Assembly (NCBI GenBank): GCA_965261735.1
Contig: OZ253470.1
Coordinates: 4,640,001 to 4,704,000 of the forward strand
Source of the DNA: Alphaproteobacteria bacterium
Lineage (GTDB): Bacteria; Pseudomonadota; Alphaproteobacteria; SHVV01
Reading direction: 5' to 3'
DNA length: 64,000 bases
Shown in pieces: positions 1 through 9,756 of the stretch (the first letter of the stretch is position 1; each line of letters opens with the position of its first letter). Under the pieces are notes generated by a model, which saw only the letters and a program-made list of their open reading frames with translations, did no database searches and was not told the origin of the DNA. Both the position numbers and the translations under genes were made by a program.

Positions 1-411
1 GCTACCTCCGGGTCGTGCTCGGCGACCCGGAGAAGGTTACGTCGGCTCGCCGCCGCACGCCTATCTGGTGCACGTGCCTGAGGGTAAGAACGACCCCCGG
101 ACCTCCACCGGATGCACCCTCGACGAGCTCCCCGGCGACAAGGAAGCCGTCCCCTGGGGTGAATACCCCTTGATGGGCGAGGATATTCTTATGTTGGCCT
201 GAGCGGGGGCGGCGGCTACGGCGACCCGCTCGACCGCGATCCCGAGGCCGTGCCGCGCGACGTGAGCGGGAATCTCACGTCCGTGCACGATGCGAGGGAG
301 CTCTACGGCTTCGTGTTTACCGAAGCCAACGGCGCCGTCGATGCCGCGGCGACGCAGGCGCGCCGCTCATCGATCCGTGCGGCGCGCACGGACGCATTGG
401 CGGCGGCGTAG
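1..411 (+). pseudogene. 3' end of a hydantoinase B/5-oxoprolinase-like gene, frameshifted near 187-190
   Basis: Frame 1 from 202 reads SGGGGYGDPLDRDPEAVPRDV...ELYGFVF...VDAAATQARRSSIRAAR, ending at TAG 409-411; this is the typical hydantoinase B C-terminus. The upstream coding-like text (LDELPGDKEAVPWGEYPLMGEDIL) is in frame 2. Confidence 0.6.
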
Positions 412-468
412 GCAGTCTTTCGGGGCCGGCCGAAGGTATTCGCGAGGGCCGAACGGCATCCAACCCGG

Positions 469-1167
469 CTAGCCGGCGGCGGCGGTTTTCTCCTCGAAGA
501 GCGTGCCGGCATAGAACTCGCGCCGCTTCAAGCTGGCAACGAATTCATCCTTGAAGTTCCCCGGCACCGATCCGACGATACACTCGTTCACGAGCAACGC
601 ATCCGACCAGGCCTGGACAAGCGGGAGCGACTCCATCAGGCCGCTCGAGAGCCGCTCTTCAACGAATGCGAACCGCTGTAAGAACGGAGCGTATGCGGCA
701 TCCACCAGGCACAGGTTGGGACCATTGAAGTAGGGTCCGTCGTTGCCGCGCTCCTGGGCGATGGCCTGCTCGAGCTTGCTCAACCGCTGCGAGGCGAGCT
801 CGAGCTTTTCGCTCACCGCCTCCCTCGACTTCGTGTAGTAGACCCCGCTGAGTCCGCTCGCGAAATCCGGCACGTAGTCGGTCCACGCCCGATTGCGGGC
901 GCGCCTGATGGGATCGTCCGGATGGAGCCTCGGCTCGACCATCTCGTCGAGGTACTCGGCGATCGCGCTCGACTCGAACAGGGGCTGCTCGTCGACCACG
1001 AGGACGGGCACCTTCCCGTGCGGCGAGATTTCGAGGAACCAACCGGGTTTGTCGGTGAGGTCGACGTAGGTGACCTCGAATTCAACCTGCTTGGCGCGCA
1101 TTACAATCACGGCGCGCTGAACCCAGGGTCACAAAAGGTGGCTGATCAAGTGGTACTTCTTCACCAT
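469..1167 (-). CDS. Glutathione S-transferase family protein with in-frame UGA (probable selenocysteine) at the catalytic Cys position
   Basis: ATG at 1167 gives MVKKYHLISHLL*PWVQRAVIVMRAK..., continuing in frame into the 213-aa ORF. GST motifs SPHGKVPVL and LFESSAIAEYLDE are present. TGA at 1131-1129 sits where CP[YW]VQR has Cys. Confidence 0.85.
1094..1117 (-). promoter_or_regulatory. Candidate bacterial SECIS hairpin
   Basis: mRNA GCGCG(C)CGU-GAUUGUA-AUGCGCGC starts 11 nt after the UGA, has one bulged C, and has a 7-nt apical loop beginning with G. Confidence 0.55.
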
Positions 1168-1444
1168 GGAGCGTCTTCCCCGCGGATTTGTCGGTAACCA
1201 TAGGGCTAGATCCCACTGCCGTCAAAGGCACCCGGGCCAGGCGGCAAGCTCGACCGTAAGGGCGGCGTAGTGACGACCGGGCGCCGACGAGCACCTTCGC
1301 GTGCCAGATCGTGTTGTGGAGGGGCCGGCGCCCAACCGCGTACGCGACCGCGCCCATCGTATAGGTAATCCCGCCGACCAGGAGACGGTGAGCGCCGGAG
1401 CCCCTACTGCCGCCACCACTGCCGGAAAAATAGGGGAGGAAAGC

Positions 1445-1816
1445 ATGAATGCGACACTGGAGAGCCCGACGGAGGTCGTCGAGGCCTACGTCACGGCGGT
1501 GCGGACGTCCGATCTCGATCTGCTGCGCTCGCTCTGCGCCGACGACATGGAGTTGGTCAGCCTGCGCATGGCGGGTATCGAGAGCGGGCGGATGAAAGGC
1601 GCCGACGCGATTGTCGCCTTCTACGGCCAGTTTCTCGGAGAGTGGGGCGGCGCCGATCCGCATCCTGGACCGCTCCTGGTTTCCGGCAATACCGTCGCGG
1701 TCGAAATAGAGGCTCATCACGCCGACAGGATCGACGAGGTCGCGGACTTCTTCACCATCGAGAACGGCAAGATCACCCGGCTTGCCGTGTACTCCGGCCC
1801 GAGTCGACCGAAGTGA
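1445..1816 (+). CDS. SnoaL-like/NTF2 family protein
   Basis: ATG 1445 follows GGGGAGGA. The pattern VEAYVTAV...DLDLLRSL.ADD...GADAIVAFY...DFFTIENGKITRL is typical of NTF2/SnoaL. Confidence 0.75.
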   Translation: MNATLESPTEVVEAYVTAVRTSDLDLLRSLCADDMELVSLRMAGIESGRMKGADAIVAFYGQFLGEWGGADPHPGPLLVSGNTVAVEIEAHHADRIDEVADFFTIENGKITRLAVYSGPSRPK

Positions 1817-1835
1817 TAGGCCGCCCGACGACGCG

Positions 1836-2990
1836 CTAGTGGATTGATCGGAACGAAAGAGTCCGATTTGAGATTCCGTATTGTGCGGTGTCATGCGAGT
1901 CTGTGCTATGCGCACCGGCATCCATTTTACTGTCACGTCTGGCGACCGTCAGCGATTGCAAGCTATCGTCGCGGACCCGAAGAGCTCGCAGAAACATGTC
2001 TGGCGGGCGCGGATCATCCTGAAGAGCGACGAGGGGCTCGGGAACTCGTCGATCATGGCCGAGACCGGCAAGTCCAAGACCTGTGTCTGGCGCTGGCAGG
2101 AGCGGTTCATGCACGAGGGTGTCAACGGCTTGCTTCGCGACAGGTCCCGTCCGCCTGGCAAAGCGCCGATCCCGCCGGAGCGCGTCGCCGAGATCGTCCG
2201 CCTGACCCAGCAAGCGCCGCCGCACGAGGCGACCCACTGGACGCTGCGCGCGATGGCGAAGGTTGCTGGCGTCGCGGCGTCGACGGTCCAAGCGATCTGG
2301 AAGGCCCATGGCCTCAGCCCGCACCGCTGGCGGCACTTCAAGCTCTCCAATGATCCCGCCTTCGCCGAGAAGCTCACAGATATCGTCGGCTTGTATGTCG
2401 ATCCGCCGGCCCATGCCGTGGTGCTGTCGGTTGATGAGAAATCACAGATCCAGGCGCTCGACCGCACCCAACCCGGCTTGCCGATGAAGAAGGGCCGCGC
2501 CGGTACGATGACCTATGATTACAAACGGCATGGCACGACGACGCTGTTCGCCGCGCTCAACGTGCTGGACGGTACGGTCATCGCACAGAACATGCAGCGC
2601 CACCGCCATCAGGAGTTCATCCGCTTCCTCAACCGCATCGAGCGCGAGGTGCCGACGGACAAGGCCGTCCACGTCATCCTCGACAACTACGCCGCGCACA
2701 AGAAGGACAAGGTCCGCGCCTGGCTCGCCCGCCATCCACGCTGGACCTTCCACTTCACGCCAACCTCGTGCTCGTGGCTCAATGCCGTCGAGGGCTTCTT
2801 CGCCAAACTAACGCGGCGCAGGCTCAAATACGGCGTCTTCCAATCCGTCGTCGACCTTCAGGACGCCATCAACCGATTTGTCCGCGAATACAATGACGCA
2901 AACCCAAAACCCTTCATCTGGAAAGCCGACCCCGATCATATCATCGCCGCACGAAACAGAGGGTTCCAAACGTTGGAATCAATCCACTAG
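1836..2990 (+). mobile_element. IS630-family insertion sequence, copy 1
   Basis: Ends CTAGTGGATTGATCGGAACG and CGTTGGAATCAATCCACTAG form an imperfect inverted repeat, with CTAG at both junctions. Encodes an HTH + DDE transposase. Confidence 0.92.
1881..2990 (+). CDS. IS630-family transposase
   Basis: Motifs SVDEK, YKRHGT, VILDNYAAHK and SWLNAVE. The start may be the ATG at 1908. Confidence 0.9.
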   Translation: MCGVMRVCAMRTGIHFTVTSGDRQRLQAIVADPKSSQKHVWRARIILKSDEGLGNSSIMAETGKSKTCVWRWQERFMHEGVNGLLRDRSRPPGKAPIPPERVAEIVRLTQQAPPHEATHWTLRAMAKVAGVAASTVQAIWKAHGLSPHRWRHFKLSNDPAFAEKLTDIVGLYVDPPAHAVVLSVDEKSQIQALDRTQPGLPMKKGRAGTMTYDYKRHGTTTLFAALNVLDGTVIAQNMQRHRHQEFIRFLNRIEREVPTDKAVHVILDNYAAHKKDKVRAWLARHPRWTFHFTPTSCSWLNAVEGFFAKLTRRRLKYGVFQSVVDLQDAINRFVREYNDANPKPFIWKADPDHIIAARNRGFQTLESIH

Positions 2991-3005
2991 GTCGCGCCCA
3001 GGCTC

Positions 3006-4163
3006 CTATTCGGCGCCCCCATCCTCGGCCGGTTGGCTCGCGATTTCCTTGAAGTCCGGCTGGAACCATTTCTGGGCGATCAGTGTCGGCACCACGGCGC
3101 TGCCGATCACCGCCGTGACGAGAATGGTGTATTGATCCTGGTTGATGATGTTGTTGGTGAGGCCGAACAGGGCCGAGATGGTGCCGAAGGTAAGGCCCGT
3201 CGACATCATGAGGGTCGTGTAGATGCCCTCGCGAGGTTCGAACCTGAAGACCTTCGTCAACGGCCAGATACCGGCGAATTTGGTCAGCATTTTCAGCCCC
3301 AGCAGCACCGCGATAAGGCCCGCGGACGCGGCCACGGTCTCGAACTTCACGAGCGAGCCAGCCGTCAGGAAGTAGAACGGCGTCAGAATCGAGAAAGCGA
3401 TCATGCGCATCCGCTGAGCGATCTTCGCCTGCCGCAGGAAGAATGGCGCCAGCGCCATGCCGACCAGGTAGGCGGGCAGGACCGCCTCGCTCTTGGCGAT
3501 GGCGCCGAGGCCGCCGAGCAGGAATAGGACGAGAAGGATGAGCTTGATCTCGGGCTCGCTCACGCGCTCTCCGACCCTGGCGAAGAACCACGGCACGAGC
3601 CGCGGCAGCAGCCATAGGGCGAAACCGGTCGCTGCCGCGAACAGGGCGAGCCACAAATTGTAGTTGGCGAAAACGATGCCGAGCGCGAGCACGGTGCCGA
3701 CGTCGTTCACGAAGCATCCGGCGAGAATGATCTTGCCGATCTCGGTGCGGTTGAAGCCGGTTTCGACCATGACCGCGTACACAACCGCGACCGACGTTGT
3801 CGACAGCGCGATCCCCGCGATCTGCGCCTGCGGCCAAGGCCATTCGAGGACGAAGTGCGCATAGGCGAGCACGCCGAGATAGGGCGCGAGAAAGCCGACC
3901 ACGCCAATGCCGAGCGTCGACCAGGCATGACGCCTGATCACCGCCGGGTCGATTTCGGTGCCCGCCAGGAAGGTGAGCAACACGGCGCCCACGCCGGCGA
4001 GGTAGCCGATCCACTCGTTCGGCGTCATGCCGAGGAGGTTGCCGCCGAGCGTTCCGACGATGATTTCGACGAGGGCGACGGAGATGCCGATGCGGATCGA
4101 GATCAGCGACGCGAGGAGTGCGAGGCCGATCCACAGCGCCGAGACCAGCCAGACGTTCTCCAT
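3006..4163 (-). CDS. Cation:proton antiporter (CPA2/KefB-like)
   Basis: 385 aa, highly hydrophobic, with FLAGTEID, ALSTTSVAVV and ND (FVNDVG) motifs of Na+/H+ exchangers. Confidence 0.85.
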   Translation of the reverse strand: MENVWLVSALWIGLALLASLISIRIGISVALVEIIVGTLGGNLLGMTPNEWIGYLAGVGAVLLTFLAGTEIDPAVIRRHAWSTLGIGVVGFLAPYLGVLAYAHFVLEWPWPQAQIAGIALSTTSVAVVYAVMVETGFNRTEIGKIILAGCFVNDVGTVLALGIVFANYNLWLALFAAATGFALWLLPRLVPWFFARVGERVSEPEIKLILLVLFLLGGLGAIAKSEAVLPAYLVGMALAPFFLRQAKIAQRMRMIAFSILTPFYFLTAGSLVKFETVAASAGLIAVLLGLKMLTKFAGIWPLTKVFRFEPREGIYTTLMMSTGLTFGTISALFGLTNNIINQDQYTILVTAVIGSAVVPTLIAQKWFQPDFKEIASQPAEDGGAE

Positions 4164-4224
4164 TTTTCGTCAGCCCTCAGCTTCGCCGACGCCGGAAGCA
4201 CCGCACTCGCGCCGTTCACGCACG

Positions 4225-4246
4225 AAAAAACCCGCCGTCGGGCAGG
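4225..4246 (-). terminator. Intrinsic terminator in the antiporter 5' leader (riboswitch expression platform)
   Basis: CCUGCC-CGAC-GGCGGG-UUUUUU, about 60 nt upstream of the ATG at 4163. Confidence 0.75.
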
Positions 4247-4290
4247 CGAATCAATCAACCGCGTCGCGCGCGCTACCCGCGCGATTCATG
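4245..4290 (-). ncRNA. Probable Na+-I (DUF1646-motif) riboswitch aptamer
   Basis: The minus strand reads UCGCGCG-GGUAG-CGCGCGA then CGCGGUUGAUUGAUUCGCC: two small hairpins with GGGUA and CGGUUG...CGCC, as I recall the DUF1646 consensus. It lies in the antiporter leader and overlaps a terminator. Confidence 0.6.
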
Positions 4291-4428
4291 GGCGCGAAAC
4301 CTAGGGGATTGGCGCCTGGGCGTCAATCGGCGCCAGCGCGACCGGCATGAGCGATGCCCCATGGCGGACGCGATCCGCCACGACGTATATACTTCAAGCT
4401 CACGCACCCCTGACGACGGAGGCAGGCC

Positions 4429-5571
4429 ATGGCCGGCAACGTGACGCGGCTGCAACACAAGAACAGCTTCCACCCCGAGGCCGAACGCTCCGCCACGCTG
4501 CCGGCGCACTACTACTACGACCCGGACATCGCCCGGCGCGAAAAGGAAGAGGTGTTCTACAAGACGTGGCAGTTCGTCGGCTATCGACACGACCTCGCCG
4601 AGGCCGGGAGTTATCTCACGGCCACCATCGTCGACCAGCCGATCTTCGTCGTGCGCGCCAAGGACGGGAAGTTGCGCGCCTTCTACAACGTGTGCATGCA
4701 CCGCGGCCATATCCTGCTCGAGGGCAAGGGCAACGTGCGCATGATCACGTGCCCGTTCCACGCCTGGACCTATGACCTCGAGGGCAACCTCAAGGCCGCC
4801 GGCAACTCGGAGAACGTGGCGGGCTTCGATCACGGCGATTTCTGCCTGCCCGAGATCCAGGTCGAGGAGTTCATCCACATGGTGTTCGTGAACCTCGATG
4901 CGGACGCCCCGGCGCTCGCCAGCCAAGTGGAAGGCATGGAGGCCGAGGTACGCGAGACGGTGCACAATCTCGATGACCTGACGTTTGCCCGGCGCGACCG
5001 TTACGACATCAAGTGCAACTGGAAATTCATTTTCGACGGTCTCGAATGCTACCACTGCCCGCACATCCATCCCGAGGCGACGAACTCGCTCGACTGGGAG
5101 CTTCGCAAGTCGTGGGAGTACGGGATCTGGCAGCGCCACAGCAATCCGATCCGCGGCGACACGGGCGACAATCCCGACCGTCCTTACCGGGTCGAATCGA
5201 GCGATCCGCAGCGCGGCTCCAACATCTGGTATCTGTGGCCCAACCTGATTCTCATTTCGCACTGGGGCCTCTCCAACTTCAAGACGATGCACATTCTTCC
5301 GGCGGGCCCGGAGACGGCCGTCCAGAACGTCGACAGCTTCTGTCTCGCCAACCCGCCGACGGAGAGCGACATCGCCGGCATGAACCGTTTCCGCGACGTG
5401 GCCCAAGCCCAGGACATCCACGCGATGGAGCGGCAGCAGCTCGGCGTCCACGCCCGTGGCTACCAGCAGGGTCGCTTGATGGTCGACGCGGAGCACTCGT
5501 GGCGCAGCGAGCACGCGGTGCACCACTACAACAAGCTGCTGTGGGAGGCGCTCAACGGCCCGACCTATTAG
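4429..5571 (+). CDS. Rieske non-heme iron oxygenase alpha subunit, CntA/YeaW (carnitine/choline monooxygenase)-like, paralog 1
   Basis: Rieske motif CMHRGH...CPFHAW, mononuclear-iron ECYHCPHIH, C-terminal RGYQQGRLMVD...SEHAVHHY. Confidence 0.88.
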   Translation: MAGNVTRLQHKNSFHPEAERSATLPAHYYYDPDIARREKEEVFYKTWQFVGYRHDLAEAGSYLTATIVDQPIFVVRAKDGKLRAFYNVCMHRGHILLEGKGNVRMITCPFHAWTYDLEGNLKAAGNSENVAGFDHGDFCLPEIQVEEFIHMVFVNLDADAPALASQVEGMEAEVRETVHNLDDLTFARRDRYDIKCNWKFIFDGLECYHCPHIHPEATNSLDWELRKSWEYGIWQRHSNPIRGDTGDNPDRPYRVESSDPQRGSNIWYLWPNLILISHWGLSNFKTMHILPAGPETAVQNVDSFCLANPPTESDIAGMNRFRDVAQAQDIHAMERQQLGVHARGYQQGRLMVDAEHSWRSEHAVHHYNKLLWEALNGPTY

Positions 5572-5590
5572 GGTGTGTACTCAAAACTGA

Positions 5591-5667
5591 GGGTCTGCTT
5601 ACGGTCACATTGCAGACCTTTGAAGACCCCGCCGCGGAGTGCCGCCATGACCCAGTGCGGACATTTC
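5591..5667. repeat. Pair of degenerate palindromic units (GGTCTGC-13nt-GCAGACC; GTGCCGC-CATGACCCAGT-GCGGACAT)
   Basis: Visible stems; related units occur at about 6348-6418 and about 10491-10570. Confidence 0.5.
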
Positions 5668-5923
5668 ACAAAAGAAAATGGCGGCCTCGTGATACCGCCT
5701 TTTACCGTGCATGCACCGCGATGCTAGGTTCATCTGCAACTAGGATGAAGGACGGGGTATGGCGGAACGCGCGGCCGAAGTTCAGGACCAGTGGATACGG
5801 AAGGGCGTACTTGCTCGGATTGACGCAACTGCGCAATTTGCGTGTTGGCTTCTGTTGCCGCTGGTGACGGCTTGTCATCCGCAAGCAGATTGGCGGAATT
5901 TGGATCGATAAGGAGTTAGTGAG

Positions 5924-6334
5924 ATGGCGAGGGTAAGATATATTGTAGATGATGTTGAAGAGGCTGTTGCCTTCTACGTCTCGAAACTGGGATTTGAGAT
6001 CGAATTAAATTTCGCTCCGGCGATAGCAATCCTGGTTCTTGGCAACTTAACCTTATTGGTTTCAGGGCCCAAAGCATCAGCGTCCTTGCCAATGCTAGAT
6101 GGCATTACACCCAGTCCGGGAGGAGGCTGGAACAGAATCCTCTTGGATTTCGATGATTTGGAATCCGTCGTCTCAAGGCTCAAGGCTGATGGTGTAAAAT
6201 TCAGAAATGATATTCTGGACGGGGTAGGGGGCAAGCAGATTATCTGTGAAGATCCTTTTGGCAACGTAGTTGAGCTCACTCAGCCGCCCGCACAGGCTTC
6301 TTCCCTCCAACACGGCCTTTTCGTGGGCCTTTGA
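5924..6334 (+). CDS. VOC/glyoxalase family protein
   Basis: VRYIVDDVEEAVAFY...GGKQIICEDPFGNVVEL, with AAGGAG RBS. Visibly more AT-rich codon usage than neighbours. Confidence 0.85.
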   Translation: MARVRYIVDDVEEAVAFYVSKLGFEIELNFAPAIAILVLGNLTLLVSGPKASASLPMLDGITPSPGGGWNRILLDFDDLESVVSRLKADGVKFRNDILDGVGGKQIICEDPFGNVVELTQPPAQASSLQHGLFVGL

Positions 6335-6347
6335 CGGATCATCCGTT

Positions 6348-6418
6348 GGTCCGGTTGGCTAGAAGGCGAAGTTCGGACCAGGTCGCCGGTGCGACCGCTC
6401 TACCCCTGAAAACCGGCT
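6348..6418. repeat. Degenerate palindromic units between the VOC and methyltransferase genes
   Basis: TGGTCCG...CGGACCA stem, and GACCGCTCTACCCCTGAAAACCGGC. Confidence 0.4.
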
Positions 6419-6952
6419 CAGGGCGACGTTGCGCTGACAATCCAAGTCGCGCTGTCCATCATCACGCCGCTGTCTGTCTGAAAATCGGCAAGCGCTTGAC
6501 AGAGCTCGTCCTCAACTCGCGTCTTGATATCTTCCGGTGCATCGACGAGTAGCCTCGCCGTTGGGCCTAATTGAGCGAGCTGCTTGGACGACGCAGCCGG
6601 TTCATTCTGCAAGGGAACCGCAGCTTCAAGTGAATCTAATTCAATGTCGCTGAAGCCTGCTCCCGATAGGATTCGTTGAACTCGATCGGGATCAGCGAAG
6701 GCCATTGGACCAGGTTCTTCGGGCCCGTTGCGGAGCGGCGCCGGAAGGTACTTCAGCGCAATCTCGAACGGGATCTCCAGCCAAGGGTTCGAATTCAACG
6801 CCTGCCAACACACGAACGCGAGGCGTCCGCCAGATTTTATACCACCGCGAATATTTGAAAACGCTGAAATTGGGTCGAGGAAAAACATCACGCCGAAGCG
6901 AGAAAATACACGATCGAAAGGGGTGCGAGTCTCGCATGGCAGTGATGTCTGC

Positions 6953-8346
6953 GATCGTGTCCCGCGGAGTGGTGTAAGAGCGTTGCGCTCTACGCGGCTC
7001 CCGGCGGATAGGGCCGGGACGTTCAGGCTGCCACGGTGGGCAGCGTGATGGGGACACCATCGCTCAGCGGAGCGATGGATTCCAGCGTCATGTATCTCCT
7101 TGAGACGGCCCACTCGTCGTTCTGCTCGAGAAGGATGGCGCCGACGAGCCGTGTGATGGCGGCTTCGTTGGGAAAGATACCGACGACGTTGGTGCGACGC
7201 TTGACCTCGGCATGGAGCCGTTCGATCGGGTTTGTGGAGTGCAATTTCTGGCGGTGCTCCCTGGAGAAGCTCATGTAGGCGAGGACGTCGTGCTCGGCTT
7301 CGTCCATGAGAACTGCCAGCTTGGGCACCTTGGGCCTGAGCTGGTCGGCGACCTGGCGCCACTGGACCTTCGCGCTGTCGGCGTCCTCCTGGGCGAAGGC
7401 GGTGGCGACGAAGGCGGAGACGACGCGCCGGCCCTGGCGGCCGGCATGGGCCAGCAGGTTGCGGGCGAAGTGCACGCGGCAGCGCTGCCATGTGGCGCCG
7501 AGGATCCGGGTCGCGGCGGCCTTCAGGCCCTTGTGGTCGTCGGAGATCACCAGCTTCACGCCGCGCAGCCCGCGCCGGGCCAGCGAGCGCAGGAACTCGG
7601 TCCAGAAGGTCTCGGCCTCCGACGCGCCGATCGCCACGCCCAGGACCTCGCGGCGGCCTTGGTCGTTGACGGCCACAGCCACGGTCACCGCGACCGAGAC
7701 GATGCGTCCGGTCTGGCGCACCTTCACGTAGGTGGCGTCGAGCCACAGATAGGGCCAGTCGCCCTCCAGCGGTCGATCGAGGAAGCCGGTGACCTTATCG
7801 TCGATCTCGCCGCACAGCCTGGAGACCTGGCTCTTGGAGGCGCCCGACATCCCCATCGCCTGAACCAGATCGTCGACCGAGCGGGTCGACACCCCCTGGA
7901 TGTAGGCCTCCTGGATCACCGCAGCCAGCGCCTTCTCGGGATCTTCAGCTCGACCGTGCCGGCCCGCGTCTCCCAGGACCGGTCGCGGTAGCCGTTGCGA
8001 TGGGTGATACGATCCGCCGAGCGCTCGCCGTGCCCGGCGCCGGTCAGGCCCTCAACCTCCAGTGCCATCAGCCGCTCGGCCGTGAAGCCGATCATCTCGC
8101 AAAGCAGATCGGCATCGGAGCTCTTCTCCAAAAGCGCGCGCAGGGTCATCATGTCCTGGGTCATCGTGGTTCTCCTTCGGGTCAGGTTGGTTTGCACTAG
8201 CCCAACCCTAAACCGGAACCGCGATGGCCTCCGCTGTGGATAGCCGGCTTGCCTACGCCAGACTCTCGGCGGTCGCTACGGCAAGCCGCCTACCCACAGC
8301 TACCAGAGGCTCCAACAACTCCTACACCACGTCCTGGGACACGACC
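6953..8346 (-). mobile_element. IS256-family element
   Basis: 8-bp duplication ATGTCTGC at 6945-6952 and 8347-8354. Inverted ends GATCGTGTCCCGCGGAGTGGTGTAAGAG / GGTCGTGTCCCAGGACGTGGTGTAGGAG. Confidence 0.9.
7023..8164 (-). pseudogene. IS256 transposase, frameshifted by an internal deletion near 7935
   Basis: The N-terminus (MTQDMM...RNGYRDR...GTVELKIP) and the 298-aa core (YLWLDATY, ISDDHKGL, QRCRVH, STNPIER) are in different frames, and the usual linker segment is missing. Confidence 0.85.
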
Positions 8347-9756
8347 ATGTCTGCGGCTTGGTTCGTTGAGTTCAGGCAGCTGATTGCCATGGCTGCTGCA
8401 CGTGGACTGATGTTGTCGTTGGCCGGTGTGTCGGTTGCGCTGATCAGGGCCTTCCATGCGCGCTCGAAGCGGCCGGATTTGATCAGGGCGCGGAAGGTCA
8501 GAACAGCCTGTCCGCCGACGATCCGCCAGCGCATGCCGGAGCGCTTCATGCGCTGTGTCACCAGGGATCTTGTTGGCAGCCTCGACCACGCCTGAGCCGA
8601 TGGCGATGCCCTCTTCCTTCAGGGCGTGGTAGCGCATGCGATGGCGATGCTTGCGGAAGAAGGCGAGTTCCCGCTCGGTCTCGGCCCGGTCCGGCGCAGC
8701 GGCGGCATCGCGAAGGTGGCGCAGCGCCCGGATCACCTTGGCGACGCCACGGGGATCGTGACGGATGGATCTCGCGGCACTTCTCGAACCAGCCGGGCGC
8801 CACGGCATGGTCGGACGCGGTTTGCAGATGTTCGCAAGCATGCCAGAAGTCGATCACCTCGGTTTCGGGCGACAGGGTCTCCAGGAAGGTCCAGTTGTCG
8901 GCGGCGCCATCGGCGATAGCGACGATCCCGATCTCGGGGCGTGCTCGCCTGATGTGTGCGACTTCGCTTGCAAGCTGCGCCTTCAGCGTGAGCTTGCCGC
9001 TCTCCGGCATGGGGCCGAGATAGAGGGTCTTCAGGCGCTTGCCCTCGGCGTCGTGGAAGGAGACCGTGCCGCAGGCGGCCTCGCGCCAGGAGGCCTTGGC
9101 GCGACCGTCCTCGCCGGGTCTCAGCGGCACCATGACGCCGTCGAGGGAGACCGAGGCGGTGGTCGCGTCCTGCGGTATGCCCTCGGCCTCACGGATGCTG
9201 CCCAGCGTCTCCGGGCCGAGGCTCTCCCAGCATTCGTGCATGCTCAGGGTCAGGCGCTCACCGACGGCGTCATGGCGCCGGTCTTCGCAAAGAACGCCGC
9301 CGCTTCCCGGGCCGTGCAGCGACCCATCATCAGCAGACCGAGCTCGGCCGCCGGCCGCGTCAGGTAATCGTCGACGAGGCCCAGGCTCTCGTCGACCGGC
9401 ACCGGCGATGCCCCGCTCGCGCCGCTGCGGTAACGCGCTCGCCGGTAGGTCACCGGACCGAGCGAGGTCATGATCGTCTTCGGCGTCACCGCGACCCGGA
9501 ACCAGCTCTGCCCGTCCCGCTCGATCCGGGAAGCGCCATCGTCCCGGTTCTCGATGACGGCGCCCATGACATCGCGAGCGAACTCGTTCGTGGCCTCACG
9601 CACCCGCAACTCGACCTCCTCGGGCGCCTCGGGGCGCGGCTCGGAACGAAGCTCCTCGCGACACAGTGCGAGCACCCGGGCGACCGCCTCGACGACCCGA
9701 GGAGGCAGGCCGGAAAGATCGATGGACGAAGGCGCCGGAGGCGGGGATACTGCCAT
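8347..9756 (-). pseudogene. ISKra4/ISLre2-like transposase with several frameshifts
   Basis: Fragments contain TSLGPVTYRR, SLDGVMV, IADGAADNW, IDFWHACEHL, IGSGVVEAANK and QRMKRSGMRW, spread over four ORFs. Confidence 0.8.

Noticed and set aside
199-202. TGA in the hydantoinase fragment as a second selenocysteine
   Set aside because: The downstream conserved GGGGYGDP motif is in another frame, so this is a frameshift, not readthrough.
469-1110. GST start at 1110 as given by the ORF track
   Set aside because: It omits the N-terminal strand and catalytic motif; the ATG at 1167 with UGA readthrough fits the family better.
5702-5884. 60-aa ORF and the 5013-5867 ORF tail in the AT-richer spacer
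   Set aside because: No RBS or family motif I can recognise; may be a decayed gene fragment but cannot be supported.
6418-7746. 442-aa ORF
   Set aside because: Chimera of an alternative IS256 frame and the methyltransferase 3' half.
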